Positions 1-12,236 of a DNA stretch of 64,000 nt are shown here, piece by piece. The stretch is from NCBI RefSeq assembly GCF_041956535.1, contig NW_027192210.1, positions 442,021 through 506,020 on the forward strand. Reading direction: 5' to 3'. Under the pieces are notes generated by a model that saw only the letters and a list, made by a program, of their open reading frames with translations, was not told where the DNA came from and ran no database searches. The DNA comes from Calcarisporiella thermophila CBS 279.70. Its lineage: Eukaryota > Fungi > Calcarisporiellomycota. The position numbers and the translations under genes were made by a program. Positions within the stretch are counted from its first letter, which is position 1, and each line of letters opens with the position of its first letter.

Positions 1-603
1 AGCAAAACACCCACGACACACATGACGATAATGAAGATGATCCGCCCTGTGTTGGATTCGATGAGGCCTCCGGTTTTGAGTGAAAGGACGAACATGGCTG
101 CAAAGAAGCCACCCAGACCACCCAGGAAGTAGAGCCCGATGAACCAGCAGCAGGCAAGGATAAGGCCACCGAGAACACCCACACCAAGGGAGACTCCAAG
201 GAGAAGCGCCGGGTTGGAGGCAGCCGAGGTGTTGAGGAGCGCCGCCGACACAAGCACGGTCACACAGTACAGGCCAACGAAGAACTAGGGAGGGCAGCAG
301 CATTGTTATAGGAGTGGAACATCTGTTCTAAACGTATGGACCTACCATGGTCACTTTGAAGTACCGGTACCCAAACAATGCAAAGTAGAGCCCCACCGCA
401 ATCAAAATAATGGCACCCACGATCTCGGGCACGGTTATCTGGAGGCGGCCAGCAACGACATTAGGGTCCAGCTGATTGGCAACAGAATTGGGGTCTTGCC
501 GACGATCGAGCTGGAGAGGATTGGCACATGCATAATGGGTCAGAATGAGGGCCAGTAGTGCGAGATAAAAGAGAAGAGAGGAGCGACTATTAGATGGGGA
601 CAT
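1..603 (-). CDS. TM7S3/TM198-like (DUF4203) multi-pass membrane protein with signal peptide; 3' end runs off the window
   Basis: ATG at 603; signal-like SLLFYLALLALILTHYACA; GT-AG intron 345..285 joins ...GLYFALFGYRYFKVTM to FFVGLYCVTVLV...GVGVLGGLILACCWFIGLYFLGGLGGFFAAMFVLSLKTGGLI, the Gly-rich helices typical of DUF4203. Confidence 0.8.
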
Positions 604-2339
604 TGGAAGGAGAGAGGGCGGAACAGGGACAAGGATTGCGAGGGGAGGGGAAAGCAAAACAAGAAAACGTTAAAAATATGTAATTCTTTCAAGAAAATCT
701 ATGGAGCGAGAACGCTTGCCCCCGTTTATGCGTAACAGGCCATGGCTCAGCAGCCCGGCCATTGGCCAGCGAGCTTCTAGGAAACTAAGTGTGAACCCAT
801 GCCTCATTAAGCCTCACGAGGCTATTATTTTATGCTAAATTATTTCTGGTTAGCGAATCTTCTCGAACAGCGATAAGCCAAATAAGGACTAGTTGAAGAA
901 GCGCTGATGGCTATTGAGAACATCCGCAGCACAACCTAACTGCTACCGACTCGGACTCTCGAGACCCCAGGAAATACGGGGAGCACTCATGACCGCATCC
1001 TCAATAAGGGACGAGAAATGGGAATGGTGGCTTCTGTTCTGCTGCCAAACGGGATGGATATTTATGGCAGCCCGGTGAAACGCCATGTATTGCATTGTTG
1101 CGGTGCTCTCGTAAGTCCTCGCAATAGCGTGCACTCCATGGAGGCGGCAAGGGTGTTGAGGGAGGTCCCAGACGGTAAGCCCCGACGATTCAGCATGCTA
1201 TTCTGTGCAATAGAATAAAAACAATGCCACCGCTTTCGAGCGAGGTGACACGTGTCGATTGCAGTAGTGAGACCTGGAAGTCGAGCCGAGATGCCCAGAA
1301 ATTGAAATCCAGCTGTCGAGGCTGGATCCACCGACTTGGACCCTCTTTCCTTTCCCATCTTTTCTCGGAATAAAGAAGCTGCGAGTGAAATGAGAGGCAT
1401 CGTGTGGAGGTGTCCATTAAACGCTGTGAGGCGTCGGCAGGTGTTTCAAGGAGACTTTGCGCGAGAGTGCCTCCCGACATTCGCTCATGGAAAAAAATGT
1501 TTCCGCGCACGAGTGGAAAGAGCTACGGAGGAGACTTGGCGAATGGTTAGGCCGACAGAGCCTCGGAAGGCTCATCATGCTACTTGAGTGAATCGCCTGC
1601 CACCATTGGGGATATTTCATTTGAAATCACTCCTTTGCATTGCAGCTCGTCCTCGAGCGCAGCCGTGCTCAGGTCAATTCCAGTATAAATTCGAACGCTT
1701 CCCCGCTCTCCGGCCTAGTCGACAGCCCCTCTCCCCCCCGTCCGATGCTTTTCATTGCTATGCACCGCTGCCATTATTGCACGCAGACCTTCGTAACCGA
1801 GCAGCAACTACGCTATCACATGCGGATCAATCACCTTCGAGCATGAAGGCCATCTGGCAAGCTTCCAAGCGAATTCCCAACACGTGCCGCCAATGGTGGA
1901 TGCAATGTGTATATCTTTATCTTCTCTATGTAAATTCTCCAGAGGCATTCTCTCTTTCTTTCTGTGGGAGGCACCCTCCTGACCTTCACCAACCAAAATA
2001 AACTCTTTAATCAATGTGCCATACATTTTTGATTGGCGTATCCAAACTGGGTTTGGCCTATTTTCGTTACGGTGATCCTGACTGGATCTGTATCTGATAA
2101 GCAATGCAAAGGCCCAACGGGCCCCTTGAAGGCAGCCGAGGTTTCTGTCGGTGCCTCATCCCAAATGCTCGGCGATATCGTGGCTATTTATGGTTGCGTG
2201 TTTTATTACCGCGAAGATTCGATTAAATAATATAAGTACTGACTAATCCAAAACAAAATAAATATATAATAATATAATCAGAGACATGAAAGGAATTAGA
2301 AAAGAAGGGCAGATACAGGTTGGCAATGGTACAAGGGAA

Positions 2340-3970
2340 TTAGAGCTGTGCGATAATTTTCCGGGACCCCATGGATTCCCCGTATTGATTCCGGCCTCGC
2401 TCAGGGTCCTCCTCTCGCTCTCTCCTCCTTGTGTTCCTCGAGTTCTCGGCGGGGTCGGGGAAGTAGTTGTAGTTGTGCAGCTCGTGCATGGGAAAACCCA
2501 TGTCGTCTTTCTGCGTCATGCTAGCGCCGAATGCCTGCAGTCCACTGTTTTCTTCGTTCTCATTAAGCTTGCTCCATTTATCGGGGGTGGACGTGTTCGT
2601 CTGAGACATCGTGTGGGATTGCCATTTCTTTTCTTTAGGACGAAGGAAGGTCCAAACGCAAGATTTGATGAAGGAGTCAGAACCGGTGACCGCCGGGCGG
2701 TAGGCATAGCGGTCAATGATGTCTTGCCGGATGCGAGAAACCGAATTCAGGAAGGCAGGGTCCAGCAAGAAGGCAACGCAGTTGAGAATCCCGGGAAGGT
2801 CGGTTCCTATAGCAAAGCGGTTAATACCCTGGGGGAGGGGAGGGGAGGGGGAGTCTGTGCCAGTAGCGGCCAGCCTTACCAATATTCCCAGCAAGCGAGA
2901 GGGGGAGATTGATCTCATTGTGGACCTGCGTGTAGATCTCGCCTATCAGGACAAACAAAGTTACTCTCAAGCTCTCCGGAGAAAAGCCCGCGGGCACTTA
3001 CTGGCAATGAATAGCGTCTGCGTGACGAATGGAATGATGGGGTAGAGGAGGATGCGGGTGACGACCCGGTTGATGGCAAGCTGGGTGCGGCGCTGCAGCG
3101 AGGAGATATGGTTGGGGGTGTGAGTCTCCATCCCGGTGGAGATGGTGGTGCGAGAGAGGAGCGCCTTATTTTCCCGGATAATCTTGGCGACCACCACGCC
3201 CACCACGACGTTGCAGTACAAGATGGTGATGATATTGGGGATGATGGTTGCGGCCCAGATCCAAACACGAGAGGTGTAGGTCCAGCTATCAACATACCAG
3301 CACGAGGCGGTTGCCTCGTCGGACCCAAAGCGCCCTGCGATGTAGGGTGGAAGAGAGAAGGCGAGGGCGATGACGAACGAGCCGAAGAAGTAAATCCATC
3401 GCTCCATCCAGGGCCGAAGTTGTTTTTCCATGAGGATGACATGCTGCAGATTGTAGGCAATCATCGAGGACATGACGAGGTAGAGATTGGTGAGGAAGTT
3501 GATGAGGAAAACGGAAAACCCGCACCACCATCCGGCTATCCAGAGAATTGGGTCAACCCGTCAGCACATGGCCGGGCCTGTGGGACAACAAAAGAAGGCG
3601 GCCTCTTACCTCCATCCGCGAACGTATAGGAGTAGATGATCGCGGCCTTGATGATGTCGATGACCGAGATGGCGAGGTTGAGGCGAATGCTGACCCGGTT
3701 GACGAAGTTCCGGTCGTAGAGCCACAATAGCAGCGTTAGCACGATCACCAGCAGACCCCCGATAATGGAGAGGATGTTGAGGATCACTACAAAGGCCGAG
3801 AGAGTCAGCGGGCCAGCGCTTCAAGCGGGCTGAAGAGGGGAGGGGAAGGCGAGGGCCGTCTTACCGTTAGCCTTAATGGTGAGGTTGAGGAAGAGGGGAT
3901 CCGAGCCGACCGACAGGTTGGGGATGGCCCCGTCGGCGACCTTCTCCACGAACCGCTCTACTAGTTGCAT
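2340..3970 (-). CDS. 7-TM G-protein-coupled receptor (fungal cAMP-receptor-like/Git3-like class), 5 exons
   Basis: Exons 3970-3865, 3786-3610, 3535-3002, 2942-2880 and 2806-2340 splice in frame with GT-AG ends. Seven hydrophobic segments; motifs RVSIRLNLAISVIDII, extracellular Cys in WWCGF and SCWY, TM6 RILLYPIIPFVTQT, TM7 LPGILNCVAFLLDPAF. Confidence 0.88.
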
Positions 3971-4869
3971 GGCCGGGGGTTGTCAGGCGAGAGAGCAAGG
4001 GGAATGGCGGGAATGGTGCGGAATGAGCAAAACAAAAAAGACGCAATGATTAGGCGAAAAAATTATCCTCCACAGGCGAGAGGGGGAGAATTCAGGAACG
4101 TATAAGGTTTATTAAACTCTCCGCCGGCTCTGTCGAAAGCGGATAGAGCACGCCCCCCGTGCGGAGATCCACTCTGGCGGAGTTCCCGCGGTGACTGCTT
4201 CCGATTTGGATTCGGCCCGGCGGCCCTCACCTGCTGTCAAACCGGGACGCTAGAGGGGCCGGGTGTGCTGCCTTTGCGCCCGGCTTGTGCGCCCTGAGTA
4301 AGCGATGGGGGCGGCGGCAAGGACGGCCGGCCTCCGGTGGGGGAGGGAGGGGCGGCTGCCACGGCAGCGTGGAGGGCTCGGCTCCTCTTCAGTTGAATAG
4401 GGCTCGTGCGATGATGTGGCTCAAATTTCAAACGCAATCGAATTTGAGTTCGAAAAACAATGTGATGGGAGAGCGGACACCATTCATTTCGAAGAGGAGT
4501 TGAATCGGCCAGAGCTGGCTGTGTCCAACCCTGGGCTGCAGCCGTATATCCCCACTGTCATTCGCATTGTTTCATGCCAAAGAATAAGCACGCTACGCTG
4601 TTTTGTTTTCCCCTGGCGAGGGCTCTCCTCCCCACCAGTCCCCTCCAGCGCCCGCCAAAGTGCCAGCTCCTCCCCTCCCGGGAAAAAAGAGAATCGAGGT
4701 CCGCCCTTACTCCGTGTATATCCCTCTTCTCCCAGAAGGCCACATCCCCCTCCGCATGTCAAAGAGATCGCGATCAGCTGCGACACCGGTGTGACTGCTC
4801 TGTGACTTTGCTTGCTACTTCACATTTGACATCCGAACTACCACCGTCCTCCATATTAGTCTTTGCAGC

Positions 4870-6379
4870 ATGCATTCAATATGGCCAAGATTGCCCCCTA
4901 CTAAGAAATGGAGCAGTCTTTTCAAGGTGCACTACACATTACAACGCGTGCTTCTCAATGACCCAGGGGTTGCTCGTGAGTACTTAGCCCGTGGCCGGGA
5001 ATGGGCATGGCTTGATAGATTAACCGTTTGCGAGTCATTTTTTAGAACAGGCTTTGGATGCCCTTGGTTTGCGCGAGAGTAAAGGGATGCATGTCTTGGA
5101 AATTAATCCAGGTATTTTCTGCATGTTTGGCTGCTTTACTGCTCATTACTGAATCCCATTATTTTTGCCAAAGGGCCTGGCGTGATGACAGGGGCGCTCG
5201 CGTCCGTTCCGGGCATACAAAGGGTGTATCCTTTCGAATCCGAAGAGCCATTTTACCCGTACCTCCAGGTTTGTAGTGCAAAATTGACATTGTTACTCCA
5301 CAAATCGTCAACGTTTAGCTCGTTGTATCATTTAGCCTCCCGAGGGCCAACTGCAGGATAGAATTAGACCTCTGTGTATTCCTAAAAGTGAATGGTTTAC
5401 CGATGAAGATATAATAACAGAATGCCTCGAGAAAGATGTACCGAAGATGCCGTGGTCAGAAGGTATTTGGGCGGATTCATCAAAAGAGCTAACTGTGGCT
5501 CACCCGCCTTTTACCGTTGTTTCTACTAGTGCATCCTTCGCTCTTTCTTCTGGCTAGCTTACCCAAAGGGTCGCGTGCACCCGCATACTTTTCGAAAGTT
5601 TTACAAAGTATCAATTTCAAATCCAATGTGTATCAATTTGGGCGCGTTCCTCTCGGACTCTGGGTGCCAACCCCTCTCTCAAAGGTTTTTTTTTACTCAT
5701 ATCCGAGGTATACAAAGAACATGTAGCAAACCAGTCTTCTTGTTAGAAAATCATGGCAAAACCGGGAAAGCAAGGCTATTGCAAACTGGGAATAATGTGT
5801 CATGTTGCAACGGAATGCGAAGCCGTATTATCCCCCCCTGCCACCAGTTTTACCCCCAAGGTTCGCTTCTTGCATCTCTATTGGGAGAGGTAGACGCTGA
5901 CTTTGGCTTGCCACTTTAGTGTGAGTACGAATTGCTACGGATTACGCCGAGAAGCCATCTACCTATACAGGGTAAGTCTTAACCCTCGACCACCGAAAGT
6001 GGAGTTTAGACGCTCGCATGGCTCATGCCCTTTATTGCCCTTAGCCTCGTTGGATGTGTTCTCGTTCATCATGGCCAAGCTTTTTAGCATTCCCACTTCG
6101 CAGTTGCACAAATCGATCAAGTGAGTATCCCCTTTGTTTTATCACGCCATCCCCAGTCCCTCATTCCTCCATCTGTCGTATTCCCCTCTTGCGGTTCCTT
6201 ATAGGCTCCTAGGTCCAGGGGCCGAGATATTGCTTCGAGATCTTCCATTTAGCCCGGAGGTGCGAATTAGAAGCATGACAGTGGAGCAGTTCGATGCGAT
6301 CGCAACTGCTTTTGAAAAATGGCCCTTCCGGCCTCAATCGCTGTTTGATTATACACTCGCCGAAAAGGAAGACGGATGA
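4870..6379 (+). CDS. MTF1: Mitochondrial transcription factor Mtf1/TFB (KsgA/RrnaAD methyltransferase fold), about 9 exons
   Basis: Spliced product: MHSIWPRLPPTKKW..., HVLEINPGPGVMTGAL (SAM-motif-like), PWSEVHPSL, YQFGRVPLGLWVP, and C-terminal AFEKWPFRP typical of fungal Mtf1. Mostly missed by the ORF track because the exons are short. Confidence 0.82.
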
Positions 6380-6706
6380 GGCGGGGTGAAATAGGGATCC
6401 CACTCTTATATTTGCATCGTTTGCTTGATATCCTCATACTCCATTTTCAAGGACACTTGTCTCTTCAATATTTATTGGTCATACTGTTTAGAGTTACTAT
6501 TGTATCATCATGTCATTAGGGTGGGGATGAAGATAACATGGTCTCTGGCTGCTTGTTGTGGATCTAAATTTATTCTTTAGTTTAAATATTGTCTGCAAGC
6601 AAGCGAGGAAGAAAAGCACGAAAAAAAAAACAAAAGTCGCTCTATTTTACTCCTTACAATCGACACCCCCTCATCACGTCCCCACATACATCACAAAAAG
6701 CATGGT

Positions 6707-7191
6707 TTAGTTAGAAGGATATTCAAGGGACACTCCACGCTCACGGAGACGCTGTTCAGCCTCCTTAGTTGCCCAAGTAGTAATACTAGAGAGATGCAGT
6801 GATAAAATCAAAGAGAAAGGGTCAGAGCTATTGAGCAAATGACCAAGGCAACTCATGTTCATGCTGATTGTACTAACCTGGTGTCGGGTTTATAATAATA
6901 AGCGATCGCACCAAATGTAAGGCCTCCAAACATTCCCCAATAGTATACTGTTTCCCAATCCTCTTTCACGCGTTTCTGACCCGGCGCAAGAGGCTATGAA
7001 ATGGAGTCGAGTTGAGTTGTCAGTGGAAATGCAAATATGCCTTCGAAATAACTTGGAAAAAATACTTTTTCTCCAAACAAGCGGCCACTTGGCTGGTTCC
7101 ATTCTTGATGGTGACCCCCTCCACGACGCACGTGGCGGATCGCGGCTGTCTGGAAATTAGATCGTGCAAAGACACGGGTAACTCGGTTCAT
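6707..7191 (-). CDS. NDUFB11: Mitochondrial complex I accessory subunit ESSS (NDUFB11), 3 exons
   Basis: Exons 7191-7066, 6993-6878 and 6785-6707 give an Arg-rich presequence then GGGHHQEWNQPSGRLFGEKPLAPGQKRVKEDWETVYYWGMFGGLTFGAIAYYYKPDTSITTWATKEAEQRL, the fungal ESSS signature. Confidence 0.9.
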
Positions 7192-7624
7192 CGTGGGGGA
7201 TGTACAGGATAGATGAACTCTGCGCTTCGCCTCTACCCCTCGCACTGTTTTACCTCTTCCTCTTTGTGACGTAGCTGTGGCTTGAGAATCGGATCGAGGT
7301 CTGGGTATAACTTTACCTAGATTCATGTGGAGGCAAAATGAAAAAAAAAATCCTAACATAACTGCGCTATGCTCTTCACTTAATGTTGCCCTTTCATTTT
7401 ATCCACAGAATCCATTGCTATTAAACACAGGCATTGACAATCCACATGTTTATTTTCTCTCACTCGATTTAATATATTATATTCCTGTCTATAGTCATTG
7501 TATTTATATCTTCGGAGTCTTCCATTCTCCCTATCTCCCCATTTTCATAGCCCCACTTGCCTCATTGTTCTCCTTGTTATTTATTGAGACTTACTGAGTA
7601 TACAGCCGAGCGAATAAGCGCGCC

Positions 7625-9368
7625 ATGGGCAATCTCAATTCAACCACAGGCGTTCCCAAATACCTTATGCCGGCGAAGCCATCCCTCCAATTAAAGAACA
7701 AAATTCTGCGTAGACTAACCATTCATTCAAAAGATTCGCAGAGAGCACAAGCCCAACCTCAGGAGGGAATGCCGCAGGATGCGAATTTAGCGATGAATTC
7801 CTCTGCGTCTACTAATTATGACTATGATGAAATGCCATGCAACGAGAGCAAATTTGGGAATTACGTGTGGTTAAAAGGTATGCCTATAATTCCTCCTCTC
7901 CCCCCCCGTGTACCCGACTCGTCCTGACACGAATGGACTTTAGGGCGTCGGTTTCACAATTCAAAAAATGCAAGATATATCCTTCCCAACGATGCGGAAG
8001 AATTACGTAGGCTAGTGTTCCAGCATTACTTGATAAAAATGGCATTTGAAGGGTACATTGGTGTTGCTTTGTGACTCTATGCATGCTCATCCTGGTTGTC
8101 TTTTCTAGCATTTATTATCCACCCGTGAAGGAAACCCTGATGAACGGAGGGAGGGTCTTGGACGTAGGGTAAGCTTCCATTGGCCGTCACCGTTGGAGAG
8201 AGCCTAACCTTCTAACCTCGGTTATTTCTAGGTGCGGCCCAGGGTCGTGGGTGATGGTAGGCTCTTCTCTTTCTACTTGGGATACTCCCGTTCCATTTTA
8301 CTAAGTCTGCCTTCAGGAAATGGCCCAAGAGTTTCCAAAAGCTGAAATCGTCGGCTTGGATCTTTGCCCCACGTTCCCTGATTCAGACGAGTTTGAGCAC
8401 AAAAACGTGAAGTTTATCCTCTGCAACGTGCTGGATGGCGTCCCGTTCCCAGACGCGCACTTTGACTTTGTTCACCAGAGAATGTAGGCTACCGCAGCGC
8501 ATCTCTATTCAGCAATCGGTTGACGCGGCTACTAATCCACCCTTGCCTTGCGTAGGTTTCTCTTCGGGTACACCGAGCAGCAATGGAGAGAGGTGATGCA
8601 GGAGTTAGTGCGAATAACCAAGCCTGGGGGCTGGATTCAACTACTAGAGCAGGGCATGCGGTCACACCGCATGGGCCCTGAAAACAAAAGCTTCTACCGC
8701 AAGAGTAAGTCCGTCTAGTTCGGCCCGATTCTTCCGGTTGAGATGAGCTGACGGTTGTTTTATCTACAGCATCCCATGCCATTCGCGCCAGGGGCATGGA
8801 GCCTCTGATCGCGGAGAATCTGTCCGAGGTCCTGGCCGAGGCTGGTTTGACCAACATCATGTCCACGTTTGCCTCGGTGCCCGTCGGTTCGTGGGGAGGC
8901 GAGCTTGGGACGCTGTGGCAAGAAAACTTCATCGCCCTCAACAAATCTTGCCGCCCGTGGATGAATATGGTGTTCGGACTTCGCGGGCGCGAATACCGGC
9001 AGCTTATCCAGAAGCTAGTTGCGGAATTTGATCTGTACAAAACGTATATTAACCTGTATGTGGCTGCCGGCCAGCGCCCGACGGTCGAGCAACTGCAGGC
9101 CGACCGTGCCGGCGAGGCCACACGGTGCCCGACCACGAATCCGCATCTCCAGCAGCTGCCGAGCGAGTATCCGGCCGCGCCCGATATCACCGTCACAAAG
9201 GGGAGCGAGGAGCAGGCCTCGGCGGACGCATTGGCGTATAGGCTCGGGAGACTGGGGTCGAGCCGGGTCGCGGACCCGCTCCCCGAGCCCAACACAACTG
9301 TCAACATTACTGTCTCCGACGAGGCTCAGTCCCACCACGTTTCGACCGGCTCTGACCACTCCTTGTAG
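7625..9368 (+). CDS. Class I SAM-dependent methyltransferase (LaeA-like/TAM-domain fungal family), 7 exons
   Basis: Exons 7625-7877, 7944-8052, 8109-8168, 8232-8256, 8317-8483, 8556-8704 and 8770-9368; motifs YILPNDAEELRRLVFQHY, VLDVGCGPGSW, IVGLD, PFPDAHFDFVHQR, ELVRITKPGGWIQLLE. Confidence 0.9.
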
Positions 9369-9937
9369 CAATGTGCTCATCATTGGCGGCGGCGGCGGAG
9401 GTTAAAGCGGCGCAGCCTTCCCTGGCCTGATGGCGGGGCCGAGCAGTCGGCCCTCGCCACGGGGCGCATGCTTGCCCCTCTGCGCATCTCTCCCACGCCC
9501 TGTTGATGTCTGTGTGCTCTATTCCCGCGTGCGCTTGATTGCCCCTGCAGGCGCTCTGCCTGCTGCGGATTTCCCCCCAAAACTCTGTTTGCTACTTAAC
9601 CTTGTGTCCTCTATTAAATCGTTTATAAATTTGTGCAACCCGATGATGCTAGGAGGTTTGTTTGTGCTCGGGCGGAGCAATGGGCAGAAATTGCAGGAAT
9701 CCTCACCCCAATGCACCAATAAATAAGGTTTCCATGCGGCACCTTCAAAGCGCTTTAACCCGACTCTTTGTCCCCTTCATTCCCATTGTCATTGCGCCTT
9801 TGTTTACACTCCCTGCTTTGGCCGTCCCGCCATCCCCCGCCTCTTCGCCGCCTCTCGCGCCCCCATTCTTAGCATTGCGTGGGGATCCTCATCACTTCGC
9901 CATCCGGCCCCCCCCTCATCCGCCCCGCCAATTCACC

Positions 9938-11537
9938 ATGATCAAGCCGGCAGAGTCTGGACGGCTCTTTGCCAGGGTAAGCCAGCTTTGTATTGTTGCG
10001 TCATGGGCTAGCAATGCCTGACCCCAGCTCTCTCTTACCACAGGACATCTACGACTACTTCGCGGCCTTTGTCTCCTCCGTGCCGCTGCAGACAAACCGC
10101 CGCGGGTTCAAGTCCTACCCCGACAGCTTTACCGTGGAGGTCGCGCTCGGCTGTCTGCACTCCCTCACCCTCACCTCCACCGTGCGCTCGCCGGACCCGG
10201 CCGACCCGACCTGCCTGATCACCGGCACCACCACCCGGACGGTTGAGATGTCCAAGCCCGAGGCAACCGCCCTCCTGCAGCATTTCCTCAACGCCTACCT
10301 TGTGCTGAACGTGAGCAGCAAGCACGGCACCGAGCTCAAGGCCAAGGGCGTCTACCGCGTCACGCCCAAGGGCTGGACCATTCTCGAGCGCTTCATCAAC
10401 AAGAGCAGCATGTCCGCGGGCCACCTGCATTCCGCCCTCAGCCAGCACTCGCGCATCAAACTCGTGCCGCTGGACAGAGACCCCGCCACCGACGCCATCG
10501 TCGTCGAGCCGCACCAGCTGCGCGCCGTGTTTCGCCGCTTTACGGGCCCGTTCCCCAACCGCCCCAGCAGCAAGGAAACCGACTCCGACTCCTCCGACCG
10601 CGGCTCGCTCGCATCGCACGACACCGCCCGGGAGCGGCTGGGGGTGGAGGTGAGGGACCGGCAGATCTTCTACCTCACCTTCAGGGACGCCTTCGACGGA
10701 CAGGCGGCGATAGACTGGCTGTGCATGCACACGAGCGCCCTTACCCGGCACGAGGCCGCCTTCGTGTTGCAGGAGTTCTTGCGGGCCGGCTTCGTGGAGG
10801 TGCTCCTGAACAAGACGGACAAGTCCGCGGCGTGTCCCCTGTATTCGCGCGACTTCGTGCTGCATCTCACGGAGGAGGGCGAGGAGGTGTCCGGCTGGGC
10901 GGATGGCGACAACACGGACTCCACCAGCGTGTCCACCGGCCCGTCGACCGCCCCGTTGTCCCTGCGGGCCCATGCCCCGCCAAAACAGGACGACTGCGTG
11001 GTGGACATCAGGGAGATGCTCTCGCGGGCCCCTCCTCACTACTCCAAGCAGAGCCTGGAGCGCGCCCCCAGCATCTCCTCGCTGGACTCCACCATTGCCA
11101 CCACAAAGGACTCGCACGCGGCCCGGCTCCATCATATCCTCCGCGACCCACAGCTGCTCTCGCTCTTCCGCGTGTTCCTCACCGCCAACTTCTGCGAGGA
11201 GAACCTGGCCTTCTGGCTCGACTGCGAGCAGTTTTGCCAGAAATTCCACAGCACCCCCCCGGGGACCGCTGCGAAGGAGCTTGTGGAGATGTCGTGCAAG
11301 CTGTACGAGGAGTACCTGAGCCCCGGCTCCCCGCACGAGATCAACATCGACCACGAGCTAAGGCACACCCGTGTCTCGCCGGAGGATCTCGAGGCCGTGT
11401 TCAAACACTTCAGCAAGGTGCAGAGCCACATCTTCAGGCTGATGTGCACCGACTCGGTGCCCAAGTTCTACGCGACGCTTTCCCCGCAGTACCGCGAGGC
11501 CCTGAACCAGCAGCTGAGGAGGAACGTCCTAGTCTGA
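9938..11537 (+). CDS. SST2: Regulator of G-protein signalling, Sst2/FlbA type (two DEP-like regions plus C-terminal RGS domain)
   Basis: Exon 9938-9976 (MIKPAESGRLFAR), intron GTAAGC...CAG, exon 10044-11537. DEP motifs YPDSFTVEVAL, YRVTPKG and AFDGQAAIDWL; RGS motifs LFRVFLTANFCEENLAFWLD, YLSPGSPHEINIDH and LMCTDSVPKF. Confidence 0.92.
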
Positions 11538-12236
11538 GCGTAGTCTCCTTCATACCACCCTCCCTCCCCCCTATTTATTCATGTGTCTATAGACCCCCAT
11601 TTCCATAATCTCCCCCGCTTTCTATACCAATCTGTGTGCTTTACCTTGCTATTCCCCTTTGCCATTTTATAAGCAGCATATCCTTTATCCATCTTTTAGC
11701 ATCCCCCCAAATAGAGATATTCCCCTAATGATTTCTCCAACCTCTGGGCCCCGTCCCCGTGATGCTCACAAACGTAATGAAAACCGGCGCTAATGCATGA
11801 TACAAAGTTACTCAAGGGTTATGTTAATAGAAACATATCAATATCACCACAAGTCTGATCCCAATGATGAGCATAAGCCCCGCCGCTGCTGGCGGTGTCC
11901 AACTCTATTCCAAATAAACCTGGAGGGGGGGGGATCCAGTGCTCGGAATTGATGGCTAAATCCCTTTGCGGATATGACCCATAGGCGATTTATAATAAGA
12001 CAAATTAAGGTTCTATCTGCGACCTGACATCAGACATCCCACACGACTATAAAATAGGCCCGCCCCTTCTTTTTCCTGTCTTTTTATGCAACATCAGTTT
12101 CTCTAATCTAATGTTCTAGCCAGCTCTATTCCCTCCACCTGTTATCTACATTGGATACCTGAAGCATCGGCTTTTACTTGATTGTTTTTCTCCCAGATAC
12201 TTCCTCTGATCTCAGCCCATCTAACTTAATCACCCC

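Noticed and set aside
700-2280. Many short overlapping ORFs between the DUF4203 gene and the GPCR
   Set aside because: No recognisable motifs or consistent spliced model; treated as intergenic.
8489-9307. 272-aa antisense ORF over the methyltransferase; similarly 2286-2912 and 3108-3629 over the GPCR
   Set aside because: Antisense to well-supported spliced genes, with no independent evidence.
10035-11608. Long alternative-frame ORFs over the RGS gene (439 aa minus, 295 aa plus)
   Set aside because: Shadows of very high GC3 codon usage; no motifs; the RGS frame explains the sequence.
11857-11937. GATCCC...GGGATC-bounded segment with ATGATGA and an internal CCGCC/GGCGG stem (snoRNA- or SECIS-like)
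   Set aside because: No box D (CTGA) at the 3' stem and no in-frame TGA in the adjacent genes; a covariance-model search would be needed.
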